From Methanomassiliicoccaceae archaeon (GTDB taxonomy: Archaea > Thermoplasmatota > Thermoplasmata > Methanomassiliicoccales > Methanomassiliicoccaceae), in contig JAXGZN010000002.1 in NCBI GenBank assembly GCA_040776945.1, forward strand, positions 896,001 through 960,000: a DNA stretch of 64,000 nt, given 5' to 3'. Shown piece by piece: positions 40,005-49,500 of this stretch. Both the position numbers and the translations under genes were made by a program. How positions within the stretch are numbered: position 1 is the first letter of the stretch; the number at the start of each line of letters is the position of its first letter. The notes under the pieces were generated by a model that was not told where the DNA came from, made no database searches, and was given only the letters and a program-made list of their open reading frames with translations.

Positions 40005-40364
40005 ATGAGCGAGCCGTCGCCTGTAAGGAGTGCTTTGGACCAGATCAAGAGCCAGGACCATGTCCTGGACGCTTCACTGGTGTCCCGCGGAGGCATGTAC
40101 ATTATGGGCGGCCCTCTCAAAGGGATCCACCGTGAGACCTTCGCGGCCATGGCCGCCATCATCTTGGGAGCTGCGGAGACCACCTCCACAGAGCTAAAGG
40201 ACAAGCTTTCTCAGGTCACTATAGACCTCACCGAGCAGACGCTCATCCTGATAGGGATCGGCACGAAGTATCTGGTCACCATATTAATGGACCAGGAGGG
40301 CGACAAGGGGAAGGTCGCCGACCTCGCGCGCGAGCTCATGGCGAACGCGGAATCGGTCATCTGA
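40005..40364 (+). CDS. Roadblock/LC7 domain protein
   Basis: ASLVSRGGM, FAAMAAIILGAAE. Confidence 0.88.
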   Translation: MSEPSPVRSALDQIKSQDHVLDASLVSRGGMYIMGGPLKGIHRETFAAMAAIILGAAETTSTELKDKLSQVTIDLTEQTLILIGIGTKYLVTILMDQEGDKGKVADLARELMANAESVI

Positions 40365-40420
40365 TCATTGTCCGCCTTGTCCGCCGCTCTCGGCACATCG
40401 GCCTTCTTCGAGATGCTCGA

Positions 40421-41080
40421 TCACATCCGCCTGCATCCGCGGCGGAACCATCTCGCTATGCCGACGGCCCCTGACCAGATCGACCTTGAGGTGCTGTGAC
40501 CAGTACCGAACGCCCGGCACCTCCGTTCCATGATCGCCCTTATAACGTCATCAGAGGAACGGCAACTATCTGGCAGCTCCGTATAGGCCCTCCCGACGGC
40601 GTCCGTTCGATGGGCATCGCTTCCGCCAATGGCAGGAAGGCAAAGCTTCTTGGCCAGGCGTTTGGCCGCCAAGTTGCCAGCTTTCTTGGACCGTCCGTTC
40701 ACGGTCTCTATCGCGTCGAAACCATTTGATCTCACATTGTCCTCGCCCAGGCCTGACCATGCTCTGAACGGATGAGGGGCTATCGCGATCCCTCCGGCAG
40801 CGTGGATGGACTCGATCGTTTCTCGAACGGTCAGGTCTCTGGCCACGGGAGCGGCGATCCCGAGGCCAAGGATGTGTCCGCCGTCCGAGGTGATCTCCAT
40901 GGCCGGCACGATGATGATGTCCGAAGCCAGCGCCGCGGCGGACCTATGGGCCTCGAACACGTTGTGGTCGCATATCGCCACCGCTCCAATGCCCAGCTCC
41001 TTGCACCGGGCCAAGATCTCCTCGACCGTCTGGTGCCCGTCGTCGGAATACGTGGAGTGAACGTGCAGGTCGGCCCTCAT
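40421..41080 (-). CDS. PHP domain metal-dependent phosphoesterase
   Basis: DLHVHS, CDHN, GHI, APHP, GGSDAH. Confidence 0.92.
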   Translation of the reverse strand: MRADLHVHSTYSDDGHQTVEEILARCKELGIGAVAICDHNVFEAHRSAAALASDIIIVPAMEITSDGGHILGLGIAAPVARDLTVRETIESIHAAGGIAIAPHPFRAWSGLGEDNVRSNGFDAIETVNGRSKKAGNLAAKRLAKKLCLPAIGGSDAHRTDAVGRAYTELPDSCRSSDDVIRAIMERRCRAFGTGHSTSRSIWSGAVGIARWFRRGCRRM

Positions 41081-43293
41081 CTTACTGTTGCCCCGCTGGG
41101 CAGTCTCGGGTCTGCCGTGACCGGAGCGCCCTTATCAGTATAGAAAATGAGGGCCTCGTCCGCGTCCGGGGAAGGGAGGAAGACCGCCACCTTCGAGCCT
41201 TCGGCGGCCTGGGGGCCGCTGTATTTTACCTCCCGGCCTACGTCGAGCTTGTCCTTGCCGATCGCCGTGCCGACCCTGAGGACAAGCTTCTGGAAGTCCT
41301 TGAACTCGATCTGCTTCTCTCCGGGGACCGTGCCGCTGCTCACCTGGTCGCCCGGTTCTGCGCCTTCAGGAGGCGTTAGGAGCGCGACGACCTCGCCGGC
41401 CTCTGCGGCCAGGAGCATGCCCTGCGATTCTTGACCCCTTAGCTTGGCGGGTTTGAGATTGGACACCACCACGACCTTCCGGCCCTTGAGCTGCTCAGGC
41501 GAGTAGTACGCCTTAAGGCCGGCCACGATCTGAACCTTCCTGCCGATGTCCACCTGCATCAGCAGGAGCGTATCGGCGTTGGGGTGATCGCCGACCTCGA
41601 CGATCCGGCCGACCTTGAGGTTCAAGGCGCCGAAGCCTTTGAACTTCGATCCTTCCTCATCCTTCTCCACGGCGATCTTGGAGAAGAGAGGTTTGGGCTC
41701 GAGCAACCTCTGCCCACTCTCCAACGGGATTCCGGCGGCACGCCATCCTGCGGATTCCAGCGTGCCGTCCTGCCCCAGGAGCTTCCACGCTCCCTTGGCC
41801 GAATTGGGAAGGAACGGATAGCTGAGAACTGCGAGCGCCTTCACCAGCTCGAGGTTGAGATTGAGAGCGGAGCCGCAGGCATCCCGGTCCTTCTTGATCA
41901 AGGCCCAAGGGCCGACCGAATCGAAGTATCGGTTGCCGTATTGGGCCAGGTCCATGATGCTCTTGAGCGCCCTTTTGAACTCGCATGCTTCGAGATCGGC
42001 GGAGATATGCACCTGAGCGTCCTCGATGGCCTTCATCAATGCACTGCGGTCCTCCTTCGTCCCTTTGTATTCGGGCACAGCCCCGAAGTGCTTGTAGGTA
42101 AAGCTGAGCACGCGATGATAGAAGTTGCCAAGCGTCGCCACCAGCTCATTGTTCACCTTGATCTCGAAGTCTGCCCATGAGAAGTCGGCGTCCTTGTTCT
42201 CCGGCATGTTCGCCGCAACGTAGTAGCGGATGGCGTCGACCTCGAACCGCTGCAGCATGGAGGGGATGTCTATGCTGTTGCCGCGGCTCTTGGAGAGCTT
42301 GTCCCCCCGGAATGTGAGGAACTCGTTGGCCGGGACGTCGTACGGCAGGTTCAACCCGCCGTAGCCGGTGAGCATTGCCGGCCAAATGATGGTGTGGAAC
42401 GGGATGTTGTCCTTGCCCAGGAAGTAGAAGCTCCGGACCTCAGGGTCCTGCCAATAGCTCCTCCACTCATCCGGACGGCCGATCGTACTGGCCCACTCCT
42501 TGGACGCGGACAGGTAACCTATGACCGCCTCGAACCAGACGTAGATCACCTTGCCTTCCCAGCCGGGCAGGGGCACCGGAACGCCCCATGACATGTCCCT
42601 GGTTATGGGGCGGTCCTGCAGGCCGGCCTCCAGCCAGTTCTTGGTGAACAGTTTCACCGAGGACTTCCAGTTGTCCTTCCCCGAGACCCAGTCGATAAGG
42701 GGCTGCTGGAACTCGGACAGCCTGAGGAAGTAGTGCTCGGTCTCCCTCATTTGAGGCGCAGTGCTGCAATGCAGGCAGGCGGCCTCCACGAGCTCGCCGC
42801 CCTCGAAGGTCTTTCCGCATCTCTCGCATTGGTCCCCCCGGGCCTTCTCGTTGCCGCAGTACGGGCACTTACCCTCGACATAACGGTCGGGAAGGAACTT
42901 CTCACATTCCGGACAATAGTACTGCTGGGTACCTTTCTTGTAAAGGTGTCCCTTGTCCTTCAAGGTCAAGAACACATCATCGACGACGTTGATGTGATTT
43001 GAGGTATGGGTCTTGGTGAACAGCGAGAACTCTATGCCCAGGCCTTCGATGGCCTTCTTGTTTATTTCATGATACCGCTCGGCGATGGTCTCCGGGGTCA
43101 CCCCTTCCTTGTCCGCCTTGACGGTGATCGGCGTACCATGCTGGTCCGACCCTGACACCATCAGCACCTCGTTCCCGATCATACGGTGGTACTTTGAGAA
43201 TATGTCAGGAGGGAGCAGGGAACCGGCCACATGCCCCAGATGGATAGGGGCGTTTGCGTATGGCCAGGCGACGCACACTAAGACCTTTGCCAT
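41077..43293 (-). CDS. metG: Methionine--tRNA ligase with C-terminal tRNA-binding domain(s)
   Basis: WPYAN, HLGH, Zn knuckles, GKDN, KLSKS, Trbp111-like domain. Confidence 0.97.
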   Translation of the reverse strand: MAKVLVCVAWPYANAPIHLGHVAGSLLPPDIFSKYHRMIGNEVLMVSGSDQHGTPITVKADKEGVTPETIAERYHEINKKAIEGLGIEFSLFTKTHTSNHINVVDDVFLTLKDKGHLYKKGTQQYYCPECEKFLPDRYVEGKCPYCGNEKARGDQCERCGKTFEGGELVEAACLHCSTAPQMRETEHYFLRLSEFQQPLIDWVSGKDNWKSSVKLFTKNWLEAGLQDRPITRDMSWGVPVPLPGWEGKVIYVWFEAVIGYLSASKEWASTIGRPDEWRSYWQDPEVRSFYFLGKDNIPFHTIIWPAMLTGYGGLNLPYDVPANEFLTFRGDKLSKSRGNSIDIPSMLQRFEVDAIRYYVAANMPENKDADFSWADFEIKVNNELVATLGNFYHRVLSFTYKHFGAVPEYKGTKEDRSALMKAIEDAQVHISADLEACEFKRALKSIMDLAQYGNRYFDSVGPWALIKKDRDACGSALNLNLELVKALAVLSYPFLPNSAKGAWKLLGQDGTLESAGWRAAGIPLESGQRLLEPKPLFSKIAVEKDEEGSKFKGFGALNLKVGRIVEVGDHPNADTLLLMQVDIGRKVQIVAGLKAYYSPEQLKGRKVVVVSNLKPAKLRGQESQGMLLAAEAGEVVALLTPPEGAEPGDQVSSGTVPGEKQIEFKDFQKLVLRVGTAIGKDKLDVGREVKYSGPQAAEGSKVAVFLPSPDADEALIFYTDKGAPVTADPRLPSGATVR

Positions 43294-43744
43294 TATATCG
43301 GCCAGTGGATTGTGGAGGAAGGATTTAAGCATTGATGGGCACTGGTCAACGACCGGGCCGGCAAGGATTGGCGGTTGCCAGGTCCTTCGATATGCCCTGG
43401 ACAATGGTGTCCGATATCATGACAGATAGTCCCATCGGCCCGCACCTTAGTGAAAGGCCAGGAAGTTGATGTAAGAAGCGATATCCCACAAATGTCCCGG
43501 CAAATCGCACCGGCCCTCCGGACCGCCATGCCTTCTTTCTAATGACCGAACGTTATATCGCCGTGCCGCTATCGGACCATTGCCGGAAGGTCCCTGACCG
43601 GCTGACATCCATGCGTTCCGAGCGTATGCAACGCGCTGCTGCGGCACTTGCGGGGGCCGCCTCACCTCCATGACGTGGCATATCGAAGGGAGCGGCCTTT
43701 CAGGGGCTTGTTCACATCGACCGGAGGGACCTGATCTAAAAAGG

Positions 43745-43766
43745 AGATGATAATCATCTTTTTATC
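43745..43766 (+). promoter_or_regulatory. 7-1-7 palindrome AGATGAT-A-ATCATCT abutting the putative TATA box of ABCE1
   Basis: Perfect inverted repeat followed by TTTTTATC about 25-30 nt upstream of the ATG. Confidence 0.4.
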
Positions 43767-43789
43767 AGAGAGTCAGTATTGCGAAATCC

Positions 43790-45562
43790 ATGCGCATAGC
43801 CGTACTGCTGAGGGACCACTGCCAGCCTAAGAAGTGCAACGCTGAGTGCAGGAGCTACTGCCCTAAGGTGCGCACCGGCGTGGAGGCGGTGGTCATCGGA
43901 GAGGGCGGGAAGCCGGTGATCTCCGAGGAGCTGTGCGCAGGATGCGGCATCTGCGTGCACAAATGTCCGTTCGAGGCCATCAAGATCATTGGCCTGCCAG
44001 AGGAGCTGAAGTCCGATCTTATGCACCAGTACGGGCTCAACGGGTTCCGGATCTACCGCCTCCCTGTGCCGAAACGCGGCCTCGTGACCGGCATTCTTGG
44101 TCCCAACGGGATCGGCAAGACGACCTCGATAAGATTGCTGTCCGGGGAGGAGACCCCCAACTTCGGAAGCTATGAGAGTCCGCCGAGCAGGGAGGAAGTG
44201 CTTTCCAGGCTCTCCGGAACAGAACTGGGCGACTACTTGGCTAAAGTGTATGCCGGAAACGTGCGGACGGCGCTCAAGCCGCAATACGTGGACAAGCTTC
44301 CAAGGGTGGTCAAGGGAGTGGTGAGGGAACTGCTGTCGAAGGTCGCGGAGCGCATGACCGTAGACCAGGCCGCAGAGCTATTGGAGCTGGAGGAGATCAT
44401 CGACCGGCCACTGGACAAGCTGTCAGGGGGCGAGCTGCAGCGGGTTGCCATTGCCGCCTCTCTGATGAAGGATGCCGACACCTACTTCTTCGATGAGCCG
44501 TCCTCATATCTGGACATCTACCAGCGCATCAGGGTGGCGCGGCTCATCCAGCAGCTAGCCCAAGAGAAGCAGGTAGTGGTCATAGAGCATGACCTGGCCA
44601 TCCTTGATTTCCTCGCGGACAACGCCTACCTGGTCTATGGCTCGGAGGGCGCGTACGGCGTGTTCGCTCAACCGCGCCAGGTGCGCATCGCCATCAACAC
44701 CTACCTGGACGGATACATGCGGGAGGAGAACATCCGCTTCCGGGACACCCAGATACGGTTCGAGTCGCATCCCCCGCGGGACAGCCAGGTCACGGCGCAC
44801 CTGCTTGACTACCCTCGCCTGGAGTGCGACTTCAAGGAGTTCAAGCTTTCCGCGGAGCCGGGCACCATCAAGGTCGGCGAATCGGTCGGCGTGGTGGGCC
44901 CCAATGCCATCGGGAAGACGACTTTCGTCAAGATGCTGGCCGGCATTCAGGAGCCGACCGCGGGGAAGGTGGACAAGAGCGTCAAGGTTTCGTACAAGCC
45001 CCAGTACATCGCCCCGGACTTCGACGGCTCGGTCATGGAGCTTTTCATGGTGACGAATCACGAGTTCTTCCGGTCCGGCTTCTTCGAGAGCGAGATCGCG
45101 CACCCTCTGATGCTGAAAAGGCTCTACGAGAAGAACGTCAACACCTTGTCCGGGGGCGAGCTTCAGAGGGTAGCGATCGCCATCTGCCTGTCACGAGAGG
45201 CCGACATGTATCTGCTGGACGAGCCGTCGGCATACCTGGACTCGAACCAGAGGATGGAGGCGGCCAAGACCGTTCGCAGGGTCATGGAGAAGCGGGGCCG
45301 CAGTGCACTCATCGTCGACCACGACATATACTTCCTGGACATGGTCTCCGACTCCATCATGGTCTTCTCCGGGCAGCCGGGGAAGGAAGGTCGTGCCAAC
45401 GGGCCGTTCGACATGCGGATAGGGATGAACAAGTTCCTCAGAGAGGTCGACGTGACCTTCCGCCGCGACAATGATACCAACCGGCCTCGGATCAACAAGC
45501 CTGGCTCGCGGCTCGACCGCGAGCAAAAGGAGAGGGGCGAATACTACTACTCTGATGCCTAG
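43790..45562 (+). CDS. Ribosome recycling ATPase ABCE1/RLI
   Basis: N-terminal FeS domain and two ABC NBDs (GPNGIGKT, LSGGELQR). Confidence 0.97.
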   Translation: MRIAVLLRDHCQPKKCNAECRSYCPKVRTGVEAVVIGEGGKPVISEELCAGCGICVHKCPFEAIKIIGLPEELKSDLMHQYGLNGFRIYRLPVPKRGLVTGILGPNGIGKTTSIRLLSGEETPNFGSYESPPSREEVLSRLSGTELGDYLAKVYAGNVRTALKPQYVDKLPRVVKGVVRELLSKVAERMTVDQAAELLELEEIIDRPLDKLSGGELQRVAIAASLMKDADTYFFDEPSSYLDIYQRIRVARLIQQLAQEKQVVVIEHDLAILDFLADNAYLVYGSEGAYGVFAQPRQVRIAINTYLDGYMREENIRFRDTQIRFESHPPRDSQVTAHLLDYPRLECDFKEFKLSAEPGTIKVGESVGVVGPNAIGKTTFVKMLAGIQEPTAGKVDKSVKVSYKPQYIAPDFDGSVMELFMVTNHEFFRSGFFESEIAHPLMLKRLYEKNVNTLSGGELQRVAIAICLSREADMYLLDEPSAYLDSNQRMEAAKTVRRVMEKRGRSALIVDHDIYFLDMVSDSIMVFSGQPGKEGRANGPFDMRIGMNKFLREVDVTFRRDNDTNRPRINKPGSRLDREQKERGEYYYSDA

Positions 45563-46215
45563 GGGCCGCACGCCTTTCTCGTGGTCCTCCACCTCAGGAC
45601 ATAGTGGGCGAGCAAGGCCAAGGCGCCGATGACGACAATGTACTCGAGCGGACGGTACAACGTTTCCACGGCCTGCCAGTTCTCTCCCATCACCATCCCG
45701 ATGTAGGCTAGGGCAAGGCACCAGGGCAGCGACCCGATGGTCGACAGAGCGATGAACCGCCGGAACGGCATCCTGGCCACCCCCGCAGGCAGCGAGATGA
45801 ACGTCCTGATCACTGGCAGAAGACGGGACCCCAGGACCGCCCAGTCGCCGTATCTATGGAACCAGTGCTCCGCCAGGTCCAGGTGCCTCTCGTTCAGCTT
45901 TAAGTATCGGCCGTATCGGTTAATTAAAGGACGGCCGCCCCTGAGGCCGATATAGTAAGCTATGATCGAGCCGATCGTGCAGCCGAGCGTGCCGGCCAGA
46001 GCGACGAGAAGCGCATCTAAAAGCGGGTCACCGGTGAGAGCCAGGCGGCCCATTGCCGCGAGCGCACCTCCGAACGGAAGGACCATCTCGCTGGGAACGG
46101 GCAGGCACATGCTTTCCAGCGCCATGAGGACGACTATGCCAGGATATCCGCCGCCCTGAACGAGCTGCATGATGGCCTGGACCATCCATGCCATTAGGCC
46201 CTCCACTATGTCCAT
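45559..46215 (-). CDS. DedA family membrane protein
   Basis: LES..LPVPSE, SRLLPVIRTFISLPAG. Confidence 0.92.
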   Translation of the reverse strand: MDIVEGLMAWMVQAIMQLVQGGGYPGIVVLMALESMCLPVPSEMVLPFGGALAAMGRLALTGDPLLDALLVALAGTLGCTIGSIIAYYIGLRGGRPLINRYGRYLKLNERHLDLAEHWFHRYGDWAVLGSRLLPVIRTFISLPAGVARMPFRRFIALSTIGSLPWCLALAYIGMVMGENWQAVETLYRPLEYIVVIGALALLAHYVLRWRTTRKACGP

Positions 46216-46303
46216 CAGGACGTCGAGACCGAGCGGCGATATATAACTTGTCAGAGGAAGGAGCGCGGGTACGCATGCAATATCGCATCACGGTTCGAAC
46301 TAA

Positions 46304-46323
46304 CGGCGTTCTCAAGAACGCCG
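46304..46323. repeat. 9-2-9 inverted repeat CGGCGTTCT-CA-AGAACGCCG
   Basis: Perfect arms read directly from the sequence. Confidence 0.8.
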
Positions 46324-46641
46324 CGAAGCTACCCCGGCCGTGATGATATGAGGACCGTGATTGACGATGTGCCTTAGTTCCAAGATAGACTGGACGAGCG
46401 GTTGTTCCATTGTTTCCCGGACCTGCACTGAGGCGCTGCCATCAATGGTGGAACGGACCCGATAGGGACGAACGAGACGGCCACCGTCCACATCCTCCGG
46501 CGACTCTCCCGGCGATCGCCTGGACGCTGATATGTTCCCGTAAAGAGCGCCGACGCGATCGGCCGCCACATCGTCTGAGAAAAGATGGTGTAACGGACGA
46601 TGCCGTTCTTAGACGACATCTCCGTGATCGGGCAATATTGC

Positions 46642-47904
46642 CTAAGCCGGGGCCTTGGCTCCGTTGCCCGCCTTGGCCTTGGCCTTGGCCTTCGCCGGGG
46701 CCTTCACGCCCGCGGCCTTTAGGAGGGCGTCGACCTTGTCGACCTTCTCCCATGTGAACTCCGGCTCGTTGCGCCCGAAGTGACCATAGGCGGATGTCTT
46801 TGAATAGATCGGCCGGCGGAGATTAAGGGCACCCATGATCCCATCGGGAGAGAGGTCGAAGACCTTCACCACGGCCTGGGAGATCTTCTCCTCGGGAACG
46901 ATCGCGGTCCCGCCGGTGTCCACCATGACCGACACCGGCTGCACGACGCCGATGGCGTAGGCGAGTTGTACCTCGACCCTCTTGGCCAGCCCAGCGGCGA
47001 CGATGTTCTTTGCAATATATCTGCACATGTAGGCGGCCGAGCGGTCAACCTTGGTGGGGTCCTTTCCCGAGAACGCGCCGCCTCCATGACGGCCCATGCC
47101 TCCGTACGTATCTACGATTATCTTGCGCCCAGTCACGCCGGAGTCCCCGCAGGGGCCGCCGATGACGAACCTTCCAGTGGGGTTGATGAAGTACTTGGTC
47201 TTGGCATCTATCCATTTCCCGCACACCGGCTTGATGACCTTGTCCTTCATGGCCTTCTCGATGATGGCGTGGACCTTCTCGTCCTCGGTCTCACCGTCGA
47301 TGACCGGCGCGTGCTGGGTGGACACGACCACGGTGTCGATGCGCTTAGGGACCCCGTCCTCGTATTCGACCGTTACCTGTGTCTTGCCGTCCGGCCTGAG
47401 CCATGGGAGCGTTCCGTCCTTCCGTACCTTGGCCAGCTGCATCGCCAGCTTTTGGGCCATGAGTATGGGGAGCGGCATGAGCTCAGGGGTCTCGTCGGTC
47501 GCGTACCCGAACATCAGGCCTTGGTCGCCTGCGCCGGTGGCCAGTTTCTTCCCCTTCTTCTTGCGGCATACGCCCATAGCGATGTCCGCGGACTGATCGT
47601 GCAACGAGGATAGGACGCAGATATGGTCGGAATCGAAGCCATACTCGGGGCGGTCATAGCCGATCTCCCGCACCGCCTTGCGTATCACCTTGTCTGCGTC
47701 CACATGCACGTTCAAGCAAGGGTCGGTCTTCACCTCGCCGGCCACGATGACCATGCCCGTGGTCGCCATGGTCTCGATCGCGATGTGCGCGTTGGGGTCC
47801 TGTGCCAGATATGCGTCTAGGATAGAGTCGGAGATACGGTCGCAAAGCTTGTCGGGGTGACCTTCGGTCACGGACTCCGATGTGAATACGTGGGTTACCA
47901 TCAT
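46642..47904 (-). CDS. metK: Methionine adenosyltransferase, bacterial/eukaryotic type
   Basis: [34 protein letters not shown]. Confidence 0.97.
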   Translation of the reverse strand: MMVTHVFTSESVTEGHPDKLCDRISDSILDAYLAQDPNAHIAIETMATTGMVIVAGEVKTDPCLNVHVDADKVIRKAVREIGYDRPEYGFDSDHICVLSSLHDQSADIAMGVCRKKKGKKLATGAGDQGLMFGYATDETPELMPLPILMAQKLAMQLAKVRKDGTLPWLRPDGKTQVTVEYEDGVPKRIDTVVVSTQHAPVIDGETEDEKVHAIIEKAMKDKVIKPVCGKWIDAKTKYFINPTGRFVIGGPCGDSGVTGRKIIVDTYGGMGRHGGGAFSGKDPTKVDRSAAYMCRYIAKNIVAAGLAKRVEVQLAYAIGVVQPVSVMVDTGGTAIVPEEKISQAVVKVFDLSPDGIMGALNLRRPIYSKTSAYGHFGRNEPEFTWEKVDKVDALLKAAGVKAPAKAKAKAKAGNGAKAPA

Positions 47905-47969
47905 GACCACTTCTTGAGGCTAAAACACGGGAGGGTATATATATTTTAACGCATCATACCATGCATAGA

Positions 47970-47990
47970 ATTATAACTGATGGTTATAAT
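47970..47990. promoter_or_regulatory. 8-5-8 palindrome ATTATAAC-TGATG-GTTATAAT, candidate operator in the metK / HTH-CBS divergent region
   Basis: Perfect arms; lies next to the TATATATATTTTAA element (47936-47949) and overlaps the regulator start. Confidence 0.6.
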
Positions 47991-48510
47991 GGAGCTATCC
48001 GAGATAAGAAGGCTGAGGCAGAAAGCAGGCATGTCCCAGACCGAGCTGGCCCAGAAGGCCGGAGTGTCCCAGGCCCATATCGCAAAGATAGAGAGCGGGA
48101 AGGTCGATCCAAGGTACTCAACGGTCGACCGCATCCTCCGTTGCCTCAAGGAAGAGCAGAAGGACCACTGCTCCAAATACATGACCGAGACCCTTTTCAG
48201 CGTGCAGGTGGACGATACCGTGGATATGGTCACCGAGATAATGGGCGAGAGGGGCGTATCTCAGCTACTGGTGTTCAGAGGAGAGAGCATCGTAGGCATG
48301 ATAACCGAGGAAGACCTGTTGAGGTTCAAGGGGAACCCTGGGAATACGCCGGCCGGAGAGGTGATGAGCGAACCTCCTCCCACCGTCTCCAGGAGCACCA
48401 GCTCGGACACGGTCAAGGAACTGCTGCTGGAGTTCCCAGCGGTGGTGGTCGTGGACCGGGATAAGGCTGTGGGAATATTGACCAAATCGGACCTCATCAA
48501 GCGGGATTGA
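47989..48510 (+). CDS. XRE-HTH + tandem CBS domain transcriptional regulator
   Basis: MSQTELAQKAGVSQAHIAKIESG; CBS motifs GMITEEDL and GILTKSDL. Confidence 0.92.
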   Translation: MELSEIRRLRQKAGMSQTELAQKAGVSQAHIAKIESGKVDPRYSTVDRILRCLKEEQKDHCSKYMTETLFSVQVDDTVDMVTEIMGERGVSQLLVFRGESIVGMITEEDLLRFKGNPGNTPAGEVMSEPPPTVSRSTSSDTVKELLLEFPAVVVVDRDKAVGILTKSDLIKRD

Positions 48511-48582
48511 GCTAGCGCCTTTTTTGGACGAAGAACCCTGCTCGCATAATGTTAAATGCCGGTTTGGTCTAACCAACCCTCA

Positions 48583-49500
48583 ATGGGTAAGGCGGACGCC
48601 CACGTTCACACCAAGTACTCCGGGCTGCACCGGATGGGAGTGCTTCGGTTCCCCGAGTCGGTATCCGAGCCTAGGGACGTAATCGTCCAAGCGCGTACAG
48701 CAGGGATGGACGTGGTCTGCATCACTGACCACAACTCCATCAAGGGCGCTTTAAAGGCCCGCGAGATCGCAAAAGGCCTGGGCGGAATAGAGGTCATCGT
48801 GGGCGAGGAGATCAGCACCACTGACGGCGAGGTCATTGGGCTTTACCTGGAGGACGAGATACCTCCCAGGCTGTCAGCGGAGGAGACCATCGACCTCATT
48901 AGGGCGCAGGACGGCATAGTCATCGCCCCTCACCCGTTCAGCCTGCACTGTCCTTGCCTCGGAGAGCGCATCGAGGAGCTTGACGTGGACGGCATTGAGG
49001 TGCTCAATGGGGGCCACATTGATAACTTCGCCAATCCGCGCGCGGACAAGGCCGCTCAGGGCGGGAAGTTCGCAAGGATAGGCGGGTCCGACTCCCACTA
49101 TCTAAAGACCATCGGTCTAGCCTACACTAACTTCGTCGGAAGCAATGCGGAGGATCTGAGAAAGGCGATATTGTCCAAGAGGACCGAGGCGGGAGGACGC
49201 GTCATCCCGCTCGACAAGGCCATCGCCTGGAGCGTAGAGGTGGTGCTCGAATCGGACCGATTGATCGTCCGTTCCATGTTCGGCCTGGACCGAGAACCGA
49301 CGGACGATCCGATAAGGACCCTAGTTCACAAGATGAAGCTGGGGCAGAAGATCGGCGCGCTGGTCGGCTCCTTTTTCTACTTCCTTCCGCCGGTCCCTTA
49401 TCTGATAGGCATAGCGAGCAAGAAGGTGCTGTGCCAAAGAGGGGACGAGGAACGGACCGGCGACGGCAGCGGCCTCGGCCACCTTGGGCTCTTCGACTGA
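48583..49500 (+). CDS. PHP domain protein with C-terminal hydrophobic segment
   Basis: DAHVH, TDHN, GEEI, APHP, GGSDSH. Confidence 0.88.
   Translation: MGKADAHVHTKYSGLHRMGVLRFPESVSEPRDVIVQARTAGMDVVCITDHNSIKGALKAREIAKGLGGIEVIVGEEISTTDGEVIGLYLEDEIPPRLSAEETIDLIRAQDGIVIAPHPFSLHCPCLGERIEELDVDGIEVLNGGHIDNFANPRADKAAQGGKFARIGGSDSHYLKTIGLAYTNFVGSNAEDLRKAILSKRTEAGGRVIPLDKAIAWSVEVVLESDRLIVRSMFGLDREPTDDPIRTLVHKMKLGQKIGALVGSFFYFLPPVPYLIGIASKKVLCQRGDEERTGDGSGLGHLGLFD

Noticed and set aside
43300-43740. SRP RNA or RNase P RNA in the metG-ABCE1 gap
   Set aside because: Neither the SRP helix-8 motif nor the RNase P P4 motifs could be identified
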